Source: Heptranchias perlo
Lineage: Eukaryota
Length of the DNA: 64,000 nt
Assembly: GCF_035084215.1 (NCBI RefSeq)
Contig: NC_090368.1
Coordinates: 4,340,001-4,404,000, forward strand
Direction: 5' to 3'
The notes under the pieces were generated by a model. The model had not been told where the DNA came from. It did not search any database and saw only the letters and a program-made list of their open reading frames with translations. The stretch's first letter is position 1, and each line of letters starts with the position of its first letter. Position numbers and translations under genes: made by a program. Below are positions 11,397-22,212 of the stretch, piece by piece.

Positions 11397-11787
11397 CTTT
11401 TTAAAAGAAAAAAAACACACAAAAAAAATTACTTTATTCTTCCTACAAACATTTCCAACAGCCAACACCCCCCACCCCGACACTCCAGCCATTATCTGAT
11501 GAGTACCACCTGTACGGATAGACTCCCTTCTTGCCAGCCAAAAAACAAAAAAAAAAATTAGGACCCATGTATAAAATGCCTCCATCATTGTGCCGAGCGG
11601 GAAATTTGATTTTAATGTGCATCCACTGATATCTCTTTTACAGACTCGGTCTCCTTAAGGCACAAATGTCCTTTGGGTTCAGCGTTGACATCCACATCCA
11701 TCAACAAACGACCAGAAGTGCAGGGAAGAGCCACAGGGCTGATCCCTGGTGATAGGGGCCTGACATGAGGAAAGACCGGTGAGAGTC

Positions 11788-12626
11788 CTTGGCCTCGACA
11801 GGGTAGATGCTGAGAGGTTGTTTCCCCGGGCTGGAGAGTCTGGAACTAGGGGGCATAGTCTCAGGATAAGGGGTCGGCCATTTAGGACTGAGATGAGGAG
11901 GAATTTCTTCACTCAGAGGGTTGTGAATCTTTGGAATTCTCTACCCCAGAGGGCTGTGGATGCTCAGTCGTTGAGTATACTAAGTGACCAACGCATGGAA
12001 TGGACACCCGGATAGAGTAATAGAGGTGAAAACTTTAATCAATTAAGAAGCAAGGAGGTTATGATGAACCTTATAAAAAGACAGCTTCGGCCACAACCGG
12101 AGCAGTGTGTCCAATTCTGGGCACCTCACTTTAGGATGTGAAGGCCTTAGAGAGGGTGCAGAAAAGATTTACTAGAACGATTCCAGGGATGAGGGACTTC
12201 AGTTACGTGGATAGACTATAGAAGCTGGGGTTGTTCTCTTTAAAGCAGAGAAGGTGGAGAGGAGATTTGATAGAGGTGTTCGAAATCATGAAGGGTCTAG
12301 ACAGAGTAGATGGAGAGAGACTGTTCCCATTGGCGGAAGGGGCGCGAACCAGAGGACACAGATTTAAGGTGACTGGCAAAGAACCAAAGGTGACATGAGG
12401 AAAAACTTTTTTTTAAGCAGCGAGTGGTTAGGATCTGGAATGCACTGCCCGAGGCAGATTCAATCATGGCCTTCATAGAGGAACTGAATAAGTACTTGAA
12501 AGGAAAAAAAAATTGTAGGGCTATGGGGAAAGGGCAGGGCTGGGACTAGCTGGATTGCTCTTGCACAGAGCCGGCACGGACTCGACAGGCCGAATGGCCT
12601 CCTTCTGTGCTTTAACCATTCTATGA
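11788..12626 (+). mobile_element. Two adjacent CR1 3' fragments (about 11788-11980 and 12045-12626)
   Basis: LDRVDAERLFP...RRNFFTQRVVNLWNSLP, then a second decayed ORF2 end with tail. Confidence 0.85.
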
Positions 12627-13749
12627 ATTGGATGCTGCAATGGGGAACCTCAAAAGGTCTTTCTGGGTGAGTGAACCAAGATGGAGTTCCTCATCTGTAA
12701 TTATCTAGTGATCAAGTGCTTGTGTGTGTTGAGCACTGTGGAAAGTACCCTGCCTTCCCACACACACCACACCGTTATCTATCGCAGAGGGTGAAAAGCT
12801 TTGAGAATCCCACCAAGAGTCTGCCTACCGAGGTGGTGGACTCATGTTGGGGCGTGGTACCTTGGGGACCGGCACCCGGCATGTGTTCTCTCTATGTCAT
12901 CTCACGCAAGCAACCATTTTTCATAGACAGGTTATTCGGCTGTGGGTAGCATCATTGTTAGGTGGGTCCGACACCCACACTCTTTCCAGTAGGAATGATG
13001 TATAAACGGGAATCCTGTCACATTCCTCCAGACCCATCCCAAATGGCCATCCTTCAATGCATTAGCCCATAAACAACTGGGCACCATGGCTATTTTGTCA
13101 CGAAGGGCATCACAGTTGAACCTCACGCAACATCCACTTTCCTGGGTGGCTATTCGGGAGAGGAAACTGAGCCAATTTTTCTTCCTGTCTAGTGGAGGGA
13201 TATAATTAGGTTAAATGCAGCACCTCCGCACTGCCTTGGCTGAGAGATCACAGCTCATTTGTGGTCCAATTCCGCTCAATGTACAATTGAAGCTTCGAGA
13301 AAAATTAAGATTAATTTACTCCGCTAACACAGTTATGGATCCATGGCAATTAATTCATGCATTCCAAGTTGAAAAGCTATTAAAAAGAGCTGAGCTGCCA
13401 GAAGTAGATTGTGTACAATGAAGAACTGTGCACTAATCTCACACAATGACTTCAGTCTCTGTAGCGGAAGGGCAGGCAATCTCCAGTCGACAGGTAGTCA
13501 AGCCTGACCAGTCCGATAACTGATCTCACTGACGCAGAAACATACCAGTGACGAGCCCAGAGGGCTGGAGTCCCACTCCCAAACAATATTTCACATTGCC
13601 CAGTTTCTGGTTGGATAGCAGGGGAGGGGGAAAGCTGGGGCAGCCATCAACACTGATCCAGTACTGCAAATCAAACAAGCCCAAGTAACTCTGTACACTC
13701 AGGCAGAGGAGCAGAAAATATTGAGGGGAAGCAAGCGAGCACGAGAGAA

Positions 13750-14208
13750 CAAAACTGCATTTATATAGCGCCTTTCACAACCTCAGGTCGTTACAAAGCA
13801 CTTTACAGCCAATGAAGTACTTTTTGACGTGTAGTCACTGTTGTAATGTAGGAAATGCAGCAGCCAATTTGCACACAGCAAGATCCCACAAACAGCAATA
13901 TGATAATGACCAGATAATCTGTTTTTAGTGATGTTGGTTGAGGGATAAATATTGGCCCAGGACTCCGAGAACTCCCCTGCTCTTCTTCCAATAGTGGCAC
14001 GGGATCTTTTACGTCCACCTGAGAGGGGCAAACCGGTCCTCTGTTTAACGTCTCATCCGAAATACACCACCTAAGACAGTGCAGCACTACCTCAGTACTG
14101 CACTGGAGTATTGCCCTAGATTTTGTGTTCAAATCTCTGGAGTGGGGCTCGAACCCACGACCTTCGGAGTCAAGAGGCGACAGTGCTACCCACTGAGCTA
14201 CGGCTGAC
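13750..14208 (-). mobile_element. Full-length tRNA-derived SINE (Deu/SacSINE-like)
   Basis: Minus strand shows A box TAGCTCAGTGG and B box GGTTCGAGCCC, core gctgtttgtgggatcttgctgtgtgcaaattggctgc, tail tataaatgca. Confidence 0.85.
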
Positions 14209-14570
14209 GGGAGTTAAGAACAGGGCCACTGTCCCAACGAGCAACCCCCTCCTTTAATCCCCTTCTCTCTCTAGAAACCCATCCAAATTCGCCTGAACCC
14301 AATTATGATTTTTTGGTAACTTATTCCATGACTGATTTAACACTAGAGTGTAAAGGTTACACTGACTTGCTGTCTTACTCTACTTCCTGAATTTTTTTTT
14401 TAAAAATAAAAGAACTCGTGCCCCCTGGTATTTGAGCCCTTCCCTACAGTGAACAACTCGCCCAGATCAAACTCTTCCACCCCCGCCTCTTTCATAGCCC
14501 TGAAAACTTCAGCAGTCTCCTTCCCTCTTAGCTTCAACTCGTCAGTAAGGAGTACGGGACGAGCTCTCAC

Positions 14571-14759
14571 CTGGCCATCCTGTTGGAGATGCAGGATCTG
14601 CGAATGCATCTGCTGTTGGTGAGGTGTCAGGATGTGCATGAACGGAGGAGGATACCCAGCAGCGGTGGCTGGGTTCACGGGGCCCCCGCTCCCCAGAGCG
14701 GAGGGCAGGTTGAACGAGGCTGCTGGGGTTCCAGTGTGAAAGCCCTGCTTCTCGAAAGA
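14571..14759 (-). CDS. UBAP2L: UBAP2L exon (SFEKQGFHTG...QILHLQQDGQ)
   Basis: cag|...|gtgag, 189 nt, phase 0/0. Confidence 0.95.
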
Positions 14760-15392
14760 CTGGAGCAGAAGGAAACAAAAAGATGTCAAACGGCAGGTCA
14801 GGAGCTACTGAATTCTCTCCTCCCCCACCACTTCTTCTTTTTCCAATTGGAGTGCCCATTTCATGCCTTGCTGCAAATTCCCAATTCCATCACCGAGATC
14901 AGCAAATTAGTGCTGCTAACCTTGCACCCACCAGCAAAAGAACAGTGACTTTCCCCATTGCAGACGTACATTTATTTAGGGTCTTAAGTCCCTTAGAAAT
15001 GTCCCGAAATGCTTAGCAATAAAATTACTTTGAACAGCAGTGAGTTATTATGCAGGCAAATGCAGCAGCAATTATGCACTCCAGCAATGCCCTAAAAGCA
15101 GCAATAAAACGTTGATTGAGCATAGAATGCTGGCCAGGACATGGGAGAACTGGCAGATTTACAACTTACCAAGACACTGGGACTACTCCCTGCTCTCCTC
15201 TCCATTGTGTCATAGGACCTTTTACGCCCACACAAGCAGGTGGCAGGGCTTGGTTTAACATCTTACCCAAAAGATGACATCTCCAACATGGCAGCACACC
15301 CTCAAGTCCTGCATCGGAGTGTCAGATTATGGGCTCAAGTCCATGGTTGGACTTCAACTCACAAGATGAATGACCAGTTAGTGTTTTTTTTT

Positions 15393-15536
15393 GTTCTGAT
15401 GAAAGGTCATCGACCTGAAACGTTAACTCCTGTTTTTCTCTCTCCACAGATGCTGCCCGACCGGCTGAGTGTTTCCAGCATTTTCTGTTTTTATTTCAGA
15501 TTTCCAGCAGCCGCAGTATTTTGCTTTTGTTTTTAA
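15393..15536 (+). mobile_element. Penelope-like terminal remnant with a minimal hammerhead motif
   Basis: gtt-CTGATGA-a-aggtc-atc-gacct-GAAA-cgtt-aac, followed by the family tail ccacagatgctgcc...tttccagcattttctgttttt. Confidence 0.6.
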
Positions 15537-15885
15537 AAAGTGTTTTTTGCGTTGAAAATTAGAAGGAAGATATGCATTCAAGACACCACCACCACACTCC
15601 AATTACCTTGTCTTTCAAGGTACCCAAAGGTGTTCCTTGCTTAAAAGGAAGGGCAGGCAGCCCATGAGCCTCCTAATGCCAACTGGAACTTCAGAGAAAG
15701 CCTACACTTTCCCCACTGTTGCTTTCTGGCCCTCGACAACTCTCACTTGATGCGGAGATCGTGACCTCCAGAAAATTAGGACACAGACTCACATCCGACT
15801 TCATGGCCAAGAATTTTTTTTAAAATATAAAAACAAACTGGTTTCAGGCATCTTCTGAACGTTGTCACAGCTTTAAAACACTTAC

Positions 15886-15959
15886 CTGCTGGGTCTTACT
15901 GTACACAGATCCTGAGATGTCTGGGACACCTGTGTTGCTTGAGGTCACTGACACACCAG
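15886..15959 (-). CDS. UBAP2L: UBAP2L exon (AGVSVTSSNTGVPDISGSVYSKTQQ)
   Basis: tag|...|gtaag, 74 nt, phase 1/0. Confidence 0.95.
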
Positions 15960-16033
15960 CTAAAAGGCCAAAAAAAATGCAATAAATATATAACAAACCT
16001 GTTCTGTCATTTTACCTTTCCCTACAGCCTTAA

Positions 16034-16625
16034 AACAACTTGAATTTATGTAGCGCTTTTAATGTAATAAAATGTCCCAAGGCGCTTCACATGAGCTTTC
16101 GAGGCACATAAGGAGATTTTAGGACAGGTGACCAAAAGCTCGGTCAAAGAGGTAGGTTTTAAGGGGCGTCTTAAAGGAGGAGAGAGAGGCGGAGAGGTTT
16201 AGGGAGGGAATTCCAGAGCTTAGGGCCTAGGCAGCTGAAGGCACGGCCACCAATGGTGCAGCGATGGAAATCGGGGATGCGCAAGAGGCCAGAATTGGAG
16301 GAGTGCAGAGATCTCGGAGGGTTGTAGGGGCTGGAGGAGGTGACAGAGATAGGGAGGGGGAGCGAGGCCATGGAGGGATTTGAACACGAGGATGAGAATT
16401 TTAAAATCGAGGTGTTGCCGGACTGGGAGCCAACGTAGGTCAGCGAGCACAGGGGTGATGGGCGAACCGGACTTGGTGCGAGTTAGGATACGAGGCAGCA
16501 GAATTTTGGATGAGCTGAAGCTTATGGAGGGTGGAAGGCAGGCCAGGGGAGCGTTGGAATAGTGTGTCTGGAGGTAACAAAGGCATGGATGAGGATTTCA
16601 GCAGATTAGTTGAGGCAGAGGCGGA
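16034..16625 (-). mobile_element. L2-clade LINE 3' fragment
   Basis: LADLRWLPVRQHLDFKILILVFKSLHGLAPP and GGRAFSCLGPKLWNSLP motifs. Confidence 0.85.
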
Positions 16626-16939
16626 AACAGTGCAAACATCATTAGCTATTTAATCAGCTACTTCTTGCTGTAGAGTTTGGAATTATGGTGCTGGCACAGA
16701 GAAAAGCTATGCTTCTTACAATACTATTCAGACACTGGGAAACAAATTTGAGGGGTCACAACTTGTTCAAACATTTTCAGCTGCACTGAAAGCACTTCTC
16801 AGAGCACGCTTTTACATTCAGTTCCGTTTTATCAGGCTCAGCAGGTGGCCGACAAATGTCAGGTCGGGACATTCTGCACAACACAATGGGATTTCACTCC
16901 AGTGTGTGTATTTTCAATGGGAATTAGTACCCAAGACTG

Positions 16940-17143
16940 ATGTGGAGATGCCGGTGATGGACTGGGGTGGACAAATGTAAGGAATCTGACAATACCAGGT
17001 TATAGTCCAACAGCTTTATTTAAAATCACAAGCTTTCGGAGGCTTCCTCCTTCCTCACCTGACGAAGGAGGAAGCCTCCGAAAGCTTGTGATTTTAAATA
17101 AAGCTGTTGGACTATAACCTGGTGTTGTAAGACTCCTTACATT
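16940..17143. mobile_element. Palindromic Penelope-like insertion with hammerhead core and 12-bp TSD
   Basis: About 81-bp inverted arms (16973-17053 and 17064-17144); TACCCAAGACTG at 16928-16939 and 17144-17155; CTGACGA...GAAA core at 17059-17083. Confidence 0.75.
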
Positions 17144-17871
17144 TACCCAAGACTGGGTAGACAAGAGCTACTCAAATTTAAGCTATGCTCACAATGTGGA
17201 ATCAAGAGTCATGCTGGGAGAGGAGATAGGTATTGAGAAGGCTTTTTAAAAATAAAATATATAGAGGTGAACAGATAAATTGAGAGGTGCAGGAGTTTCG
17301 TGAAGCAGTTCCAGAAAGTCGGAGTAACAAATGGGGGGGCACAAGGGCAGAGCTGGAGGAGTGAAGAGAGCAGGAGGAGGTTGTGAAGATAGGGTGGGCG
17401 ATCCCACCAACAGCAACGAGATGAACGACCGGTTAATCTGCTCTTGGTGCGAACTGAGGGAAGAGTGTTGGCCAGGACACCAGGAGAGCTTGCTGTTCTT
17501 CAATGCCTACCTAAAAACGTGGAGGGAGCTTCACTTTAACATCTCATTCGAAGGGTGGCACGTCACACAATGCAGGACTGCCTCAGCAATGGACTGGACT
17601 GGGGCTTGAACACACTGCGTGACAGCTTGGCTCAGTTAGTAGCACTCTTAACTGAATCAGTCACCACAAACTAGGGACATTGCAACAATCGATCCCCAAA
17701 TTCAAAATACTTTTCTTTCCCCCACCTCAATCACCGGCCAGTCCATAACCACCATGATTAAAGCTGACAGCATGAAGCCATGCGCTGAGATATCCCCACA
17801 GTTGCCAGGGGAGATGACTTACATTTCAACCTCTTGTTTTAAACCCAGGTCCCAGAGGTGGTCTAAACCCC

Positions 17872-18480
17872 CAATTTACGAACATGCGACACCCACGGGC
17901 AGGAAAAGGCCAGCTGGTCCATCAAGCCTGCCCCACACACCATGATGGCCGGAGCATTGTAATCTCCTGGGAGAGGCAGAAAAAACTCTGGGAAATTCCT
18001 CTCCGACCCCCTCAGGCAATTGAAATCAGTCCAGGAGATCACACTGACCAGGTGTCGTCTATAAAGGCACTTGTCTTCCACATAATGCGGTCTCTGCCCC
18101 AGTCAACAACCGGTCCAGCTCCCTCTTGAAGGCCGACAGGGCGTCAGCACCCACACCAGCCAGCAACACATTCCCGAGGCTCACTAATCTCTGGGAAAAG
18201 ACGGCCTGCCTAACATGCAGTCCATCCATACTCGAAGTTTAAACTCGTCCTTGGTCCTCCCCGTTCTGTTAAACTGGACGCTATCTATAAGCACGCTAAC
18301 CAGCCCTTCAATTATTTTATAGGCCTCGATCAGGTCGCCTCCCTCTCAACGCTGCTCTAAATAGACCAAGGTCCTTGAGCCCGAGTGGCTGAGGTGCTTT
18401 AAGCTCGGAATCATTCCCGTAGCTGTCCTCTGGACCGTTTCCAATTATCACCCTCATCTCGGTCACGAGTTTGAAGTTGC
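17872..18480 (-). mobile_element. Old, diverged CR1-like LINE 3' fragment of a different subfamily
   Basis: Decayed LKDLGLF.../RGDLIE-like remnants with a distinct 3'UTR. Confidence 0.55.
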
Positions 18481-18538
18481 CGAGTGCGTTTAACAGTTGG
18501 CCAAGCGACCGCGGGATGGGTTGGCGGGCGCCACTCAC

Positions 18539-18644
18539 CGGTGCTGTATCCGTGCGTTCCGTAACCACTCGCCTGCTGAAAGGCGGTTGCCGACGCATTC
18601 ACGTTAACGTTCACGCCGTGCTGCTTCGACGACGTAGGAGGGAC
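18539..18644 (-). CDS. UBAP2L: UBAP2L exon (VPPTSSKQHGVNVNVNASATAFQQASGYGTHGYST)
   Basis: cag|...|gtgag, 106 nt, phase 0/1. Confidence 0.95.
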
Positions 18645-19014
18645 CTGCGGCAAATAAAATGGACCCACACCCCAGTCAGCCAAGCCTGGCATATATCCGC
18701 CACCCACCAGACCGTCACACTTTGTCAACAAATACAAATACAATCTTTTAAAACAAAAGACAGTCATTGATCTGCAGCCTGAAATTTACAATTGCCTTGT
18801 GAATGAACTTATCTGTATGAAACCATCAACAATCAATCAATCAGCTGGATTGGTAGCTCACAGCAGATTCTTAAAGGGACAATGGTCTTAAAGGGGCAGG
18901 CCATGAAAGCAGCTAAACAGGACAAGCATGCTACCAGAAAGCAACTAGACCATTAAGTATTCAATCAATTGCATTTCAAGTAAAGTTCACTTTTGGTGTC
19001 AACACTTGAATCCC

Positions 19015-19330
19015 CAGTGTGTGGTGGAGCCCTACAGACCACAAGATTGCAGGTCAGATTCTTGGTCCGCGCTCAAGAACGGATCTACACAAGGCAGCAG
19101 TTTGGGGTACCATGATTAGCCTCAGTGCCCCTGGTCTTGGGTGGAAGGAAAATCACATCAGTCAAAGTCCCTGATGGCTATCCAGTGACTCCTGATGGAA
19201 AGTACACGTGCAGAAATCAGGTGAGGATGATGCCCCCCCCCCCCCCCCACCCCCGAAGGTGGACTAGCCCCACACTCTCGGCTTAACACGTGAAGCAGCT
19301 GTGAAGAGATACCTCAACAAGTTGTCAGCA
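19015..19330 (+). mobile_element. Second, older SINE-like family; other copies at about 21655-21960 +, 53545-53870 +, 42745-42990 - and 58400-58720 -
   Basis: Shared core cctcagtgcccctgg...gaaaatc...tatccagtgac..ctg.tggaaagt...gaggacaggatcgggct between copies. Confidence 0.55.
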
Positions 19331-19873
19331 GCTACAGCAGAATCAGCATGGTTTAAAAAAAAAAGTTTCTTCAAACAAAGACTGTCCCACTCGGCCACTG
19401 ATGCAGAATTTTAACTGAGGCCTTTGAGAGAGAGAGATGGGCATTTACTTGGGAAGTAAGGGACGTAAGAGAAAAGGCAGGGCATCGGGATCAAAGGAAA
19501 TGAAGGGCTGCTGAAGCGTAACAAAACAGCAGAGCAGGCTCAATTGGTCAAATGGCCTACTCCTGTCACTATGAGGTGGTGGGGGGGGGGGGGAAACTTA
19601 ATTTGTGACACATGTTTTAAGAACTAAGGGGCAGATTTTCCTGTCCCCAAGGGCTATGGGATCGCCCGATTTTCCATCCATTAATTTAAATGTACAGAAA
19701 ACTGAATGACCTTCCTTCATGGGCATGCGACCTACCCAGCCCGATCTTTATATGATTCCCTGCGCCCAGTGACTCAAGGAGCAGGAGCCGGAAAAACCTG
19801 CCCCCCTTACAACTTCACCAAGTAACAACAATTCCGAAAGCAGCGAAAGGCAAGGGATGTGAATATAATGTAC

Positions 19874-20320
19874 GAAAACAAAAGCAAAATACTGCGGAAA
19901 TCTGAAATTAGAACAGAGAATGCCGCAAACACTCAGCGGGTCAGGCAGCATCTGTGGAGAGAGAAAAACAGAATTAACGTTTCAGGTCATAGAATCGTAC
20001 AACACAGAAGGAGGCCATTCAGCCCATCGTGCCGGTTCTGTGAAAGAGCTATCCAATTAATCCCACCCCCCCCCCCCACCCCCCAACACCGCTCTTCCCC
20101 CATCGCCCTGAAAATTTTTCCTTTTGAAGTCTATAATCCAATTCCCCTTTGAAGGCTACGATCGAATCTGCTTCCACCACCCCTTCAGGCAGCGCATTCC
20201 AGATCAAGAATTTCTCCTCGAAACGATGAACCTTTCATCAGAACTGAAACGTTAACTCTGCTTCTCTCTCCACAGATGCGGCCTTGACCTGCCGAGTGTT
20301 TCCAGCACGGTCTTGTTCTT
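19874..20320. mobile_element. Palindromic Penelope-like remnant interrupted by a CR1 tail (about 19988-20215, -)
   Basis: Inverted arms of the same family as 15393-15536; the minus-strand CTGATGA..GAAACGTT core is split by the CR1 insert. Confidence 0.6.
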
Positions 20321-20388
20321 ATGGGTACAGCGCAGTTGGGTTAGATTTTGGGACGGAGTGGTGGGGGGGCAAAACAGGCAATACTCAC

Positions 20389-20606
20389 AGCAAACATGGC
20401 AGGCCCGTACTGAAAGGTGTTGGGGAGGCCGGGGACACCCGCGTAGTACGGCAGACTGGTGTAGCTGTAGCCGGGCGGCAAGGCCGGGTTTAGGAATGTC
20501 TGCTGCGTGGTGTGGTGGGTCTGCGTTTGGCTCTGCTGAGGTTGTGCCAGGGTGGTAGCCGGGGCCGGAGAGGACGCGTCCCCTCGGCCAAACTTGGTGA
20601 GGTCAC
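20389..20606 (-). CDS. UBAP2L: UBAP2L exon (GDLTKFGRGDASSPAP...QYGPAMFA)
   Basis: cag|...|gtgag, 218 nt, phase 1/0. Confidence 0.96.
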
Positions 20607-20771
20607 CTGCGAAGGGGAGAGAAAAAAAAAAGATAGTGTTATTGATGCTCTGGAGTTTGAGGCTCATTGCAATTTAATCCTGTAAATCCTCTGCATTTTC
20701 AACATCTGTTGAGTAAGCAGCTAGCGATATAAAGACAGCGACGCTCAATGAAAATGTCTCAAAAAAAGATA

Positions 20772-21242
20772 AAGAACTTGCATTTATTTAGCACCTTTCA
20801 TGACCTCAGGACGTCCCGAAGCGTTTTACAGCCAAAGATGTACTTTTTGAAGTGTATTCACTGTTGCAATTTAGCAAATGCAGCAGCCAATTTGCGCACA
20901 GCAAGATCCCACAAACAGCAATGAGATAATGACCCAGATAATCTGTTTTGAGTGATACTGATTGAGGGATAAATATTGGCCCAGGACACCGGGGGGAACT
21001 CCCTGCTGCTCTTCACAATAACGGCCGTGGGATCTTTTACGTCCACGGGAGAGGGGCAGATGGGCCCCTCGGTTTAACGTCTCATCCGAAAGATGGAACC
21101 TCAAGACAGTGTAAGCACTCCCTCAGTACTGCACTGGGAGTGTCAGCCTGGATTACGTGCAAGCCTCTAGAGTGGGGCTTGAACCTACAACCTTCTGACT
21201 CAGGGGAAGAGAGAGTGCTGCCCACTGAGCCATGGCTGACAC
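20772..21242 (-). mobile_element. Full-length tRNA-derived SINE
   Basis: Same family as 13750-14208, with A and B boxes. Confidence 0.85.
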
Positions 21243-22130
21243 CCATCAACTTTTCCGGCTGCAGCAAGTAGCTTCCTTGTAACGCTGCACCATTTGTGCT
21301 TGCAGGATTATCTGGAGCTAAGTGGGAGGAAGCCTAGTCCCGAATGACCCCTGCAGGTTCTGTTGGTGGGCTGGGCTGGGCTGGATGGTCAATTGTGAAC
21401 AATGCTCTTGGGCACCATGGACCCACCCGGCGCGGGGATGGGATTACTGAGTCAGCCACAAGAGGGTTGACTTGGTTCCAAACTTCCAGCATGTCATCCT
21501 TGACCCCCAAAGGGACCCTCATTACCATAGCAATGTCCAACCTTATGATTTGAGGTGACCAAGGGACAAAAGTAGCACTCGAAAAAGGAGCCATCCGTTA
21601 TCTATGTCGACCAACCCTCATGCCTCTCCTCTCACCCATTGGGCAAATGCACAATCCTGTGTGGAACCGAGCCACGTAGACCTGAGGTCCACAGTCTGTG
21701 CTGACTTAGCTGGGAACTGTGGGTGGGTACAAGAATTAGCCTCAATGTCTCTGGTCTAGAGAAAGGGGCATTTAAAAGAGGCCAGGATCCCTGCTCCCAA
21801 TTGCACTCTGTTTTGACACCAGGCCAGGACAGGTTAGGGCTCAGCTGCGATGCACCTGGCAGTTGACGCTTACGGCCTGCCTTGCGCGCATGGAGAACGT
21901 GAGTGAGGTACCAGAGAGCTGGGGAACCGTACCCTACCAAGAGTCAGCGCCTTCAGGGGAAGAGAGAGTGAAACCTACCAAAACCAATACAAAAAACACA
22001 ATCTGTAGGGAGCCAACTCAAAAGACAAATACTCCCCCTTTAACATTCCAGGCATCATTTACTAAAAAGGTTTGGGGAGAGATGGGAGGGGGGGGGGGGT
22101 GGAGAAAAGGGGTGACCTTAAATCTCTTAC

Positions 22131-22212
22131 CAGAGTATGGATTACTTGTCAGGCTTGCTTCTCTTCCAGTAATTGGGGTCGTAGGAGTGGCGAATGGAAT
22201 TCCGTAATAGTC
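22131..22212 (-). CDS. UBAP2L: UBAP2L exon (DYYGIPFATPTTPITGREASLTSNPYS)
   Basis: cag|...|gtaag, 82 nt, phase 0/1. Confidence 0.95.

Noticed and set aside
15960-18538. Short alternative terminal exon recalled from mammalian UBAP2L (GRKYPPPYKHFW...)
   Set aside because: No matching sequence found by eye in this intron; a TBLASTN search would be needed to exclude it
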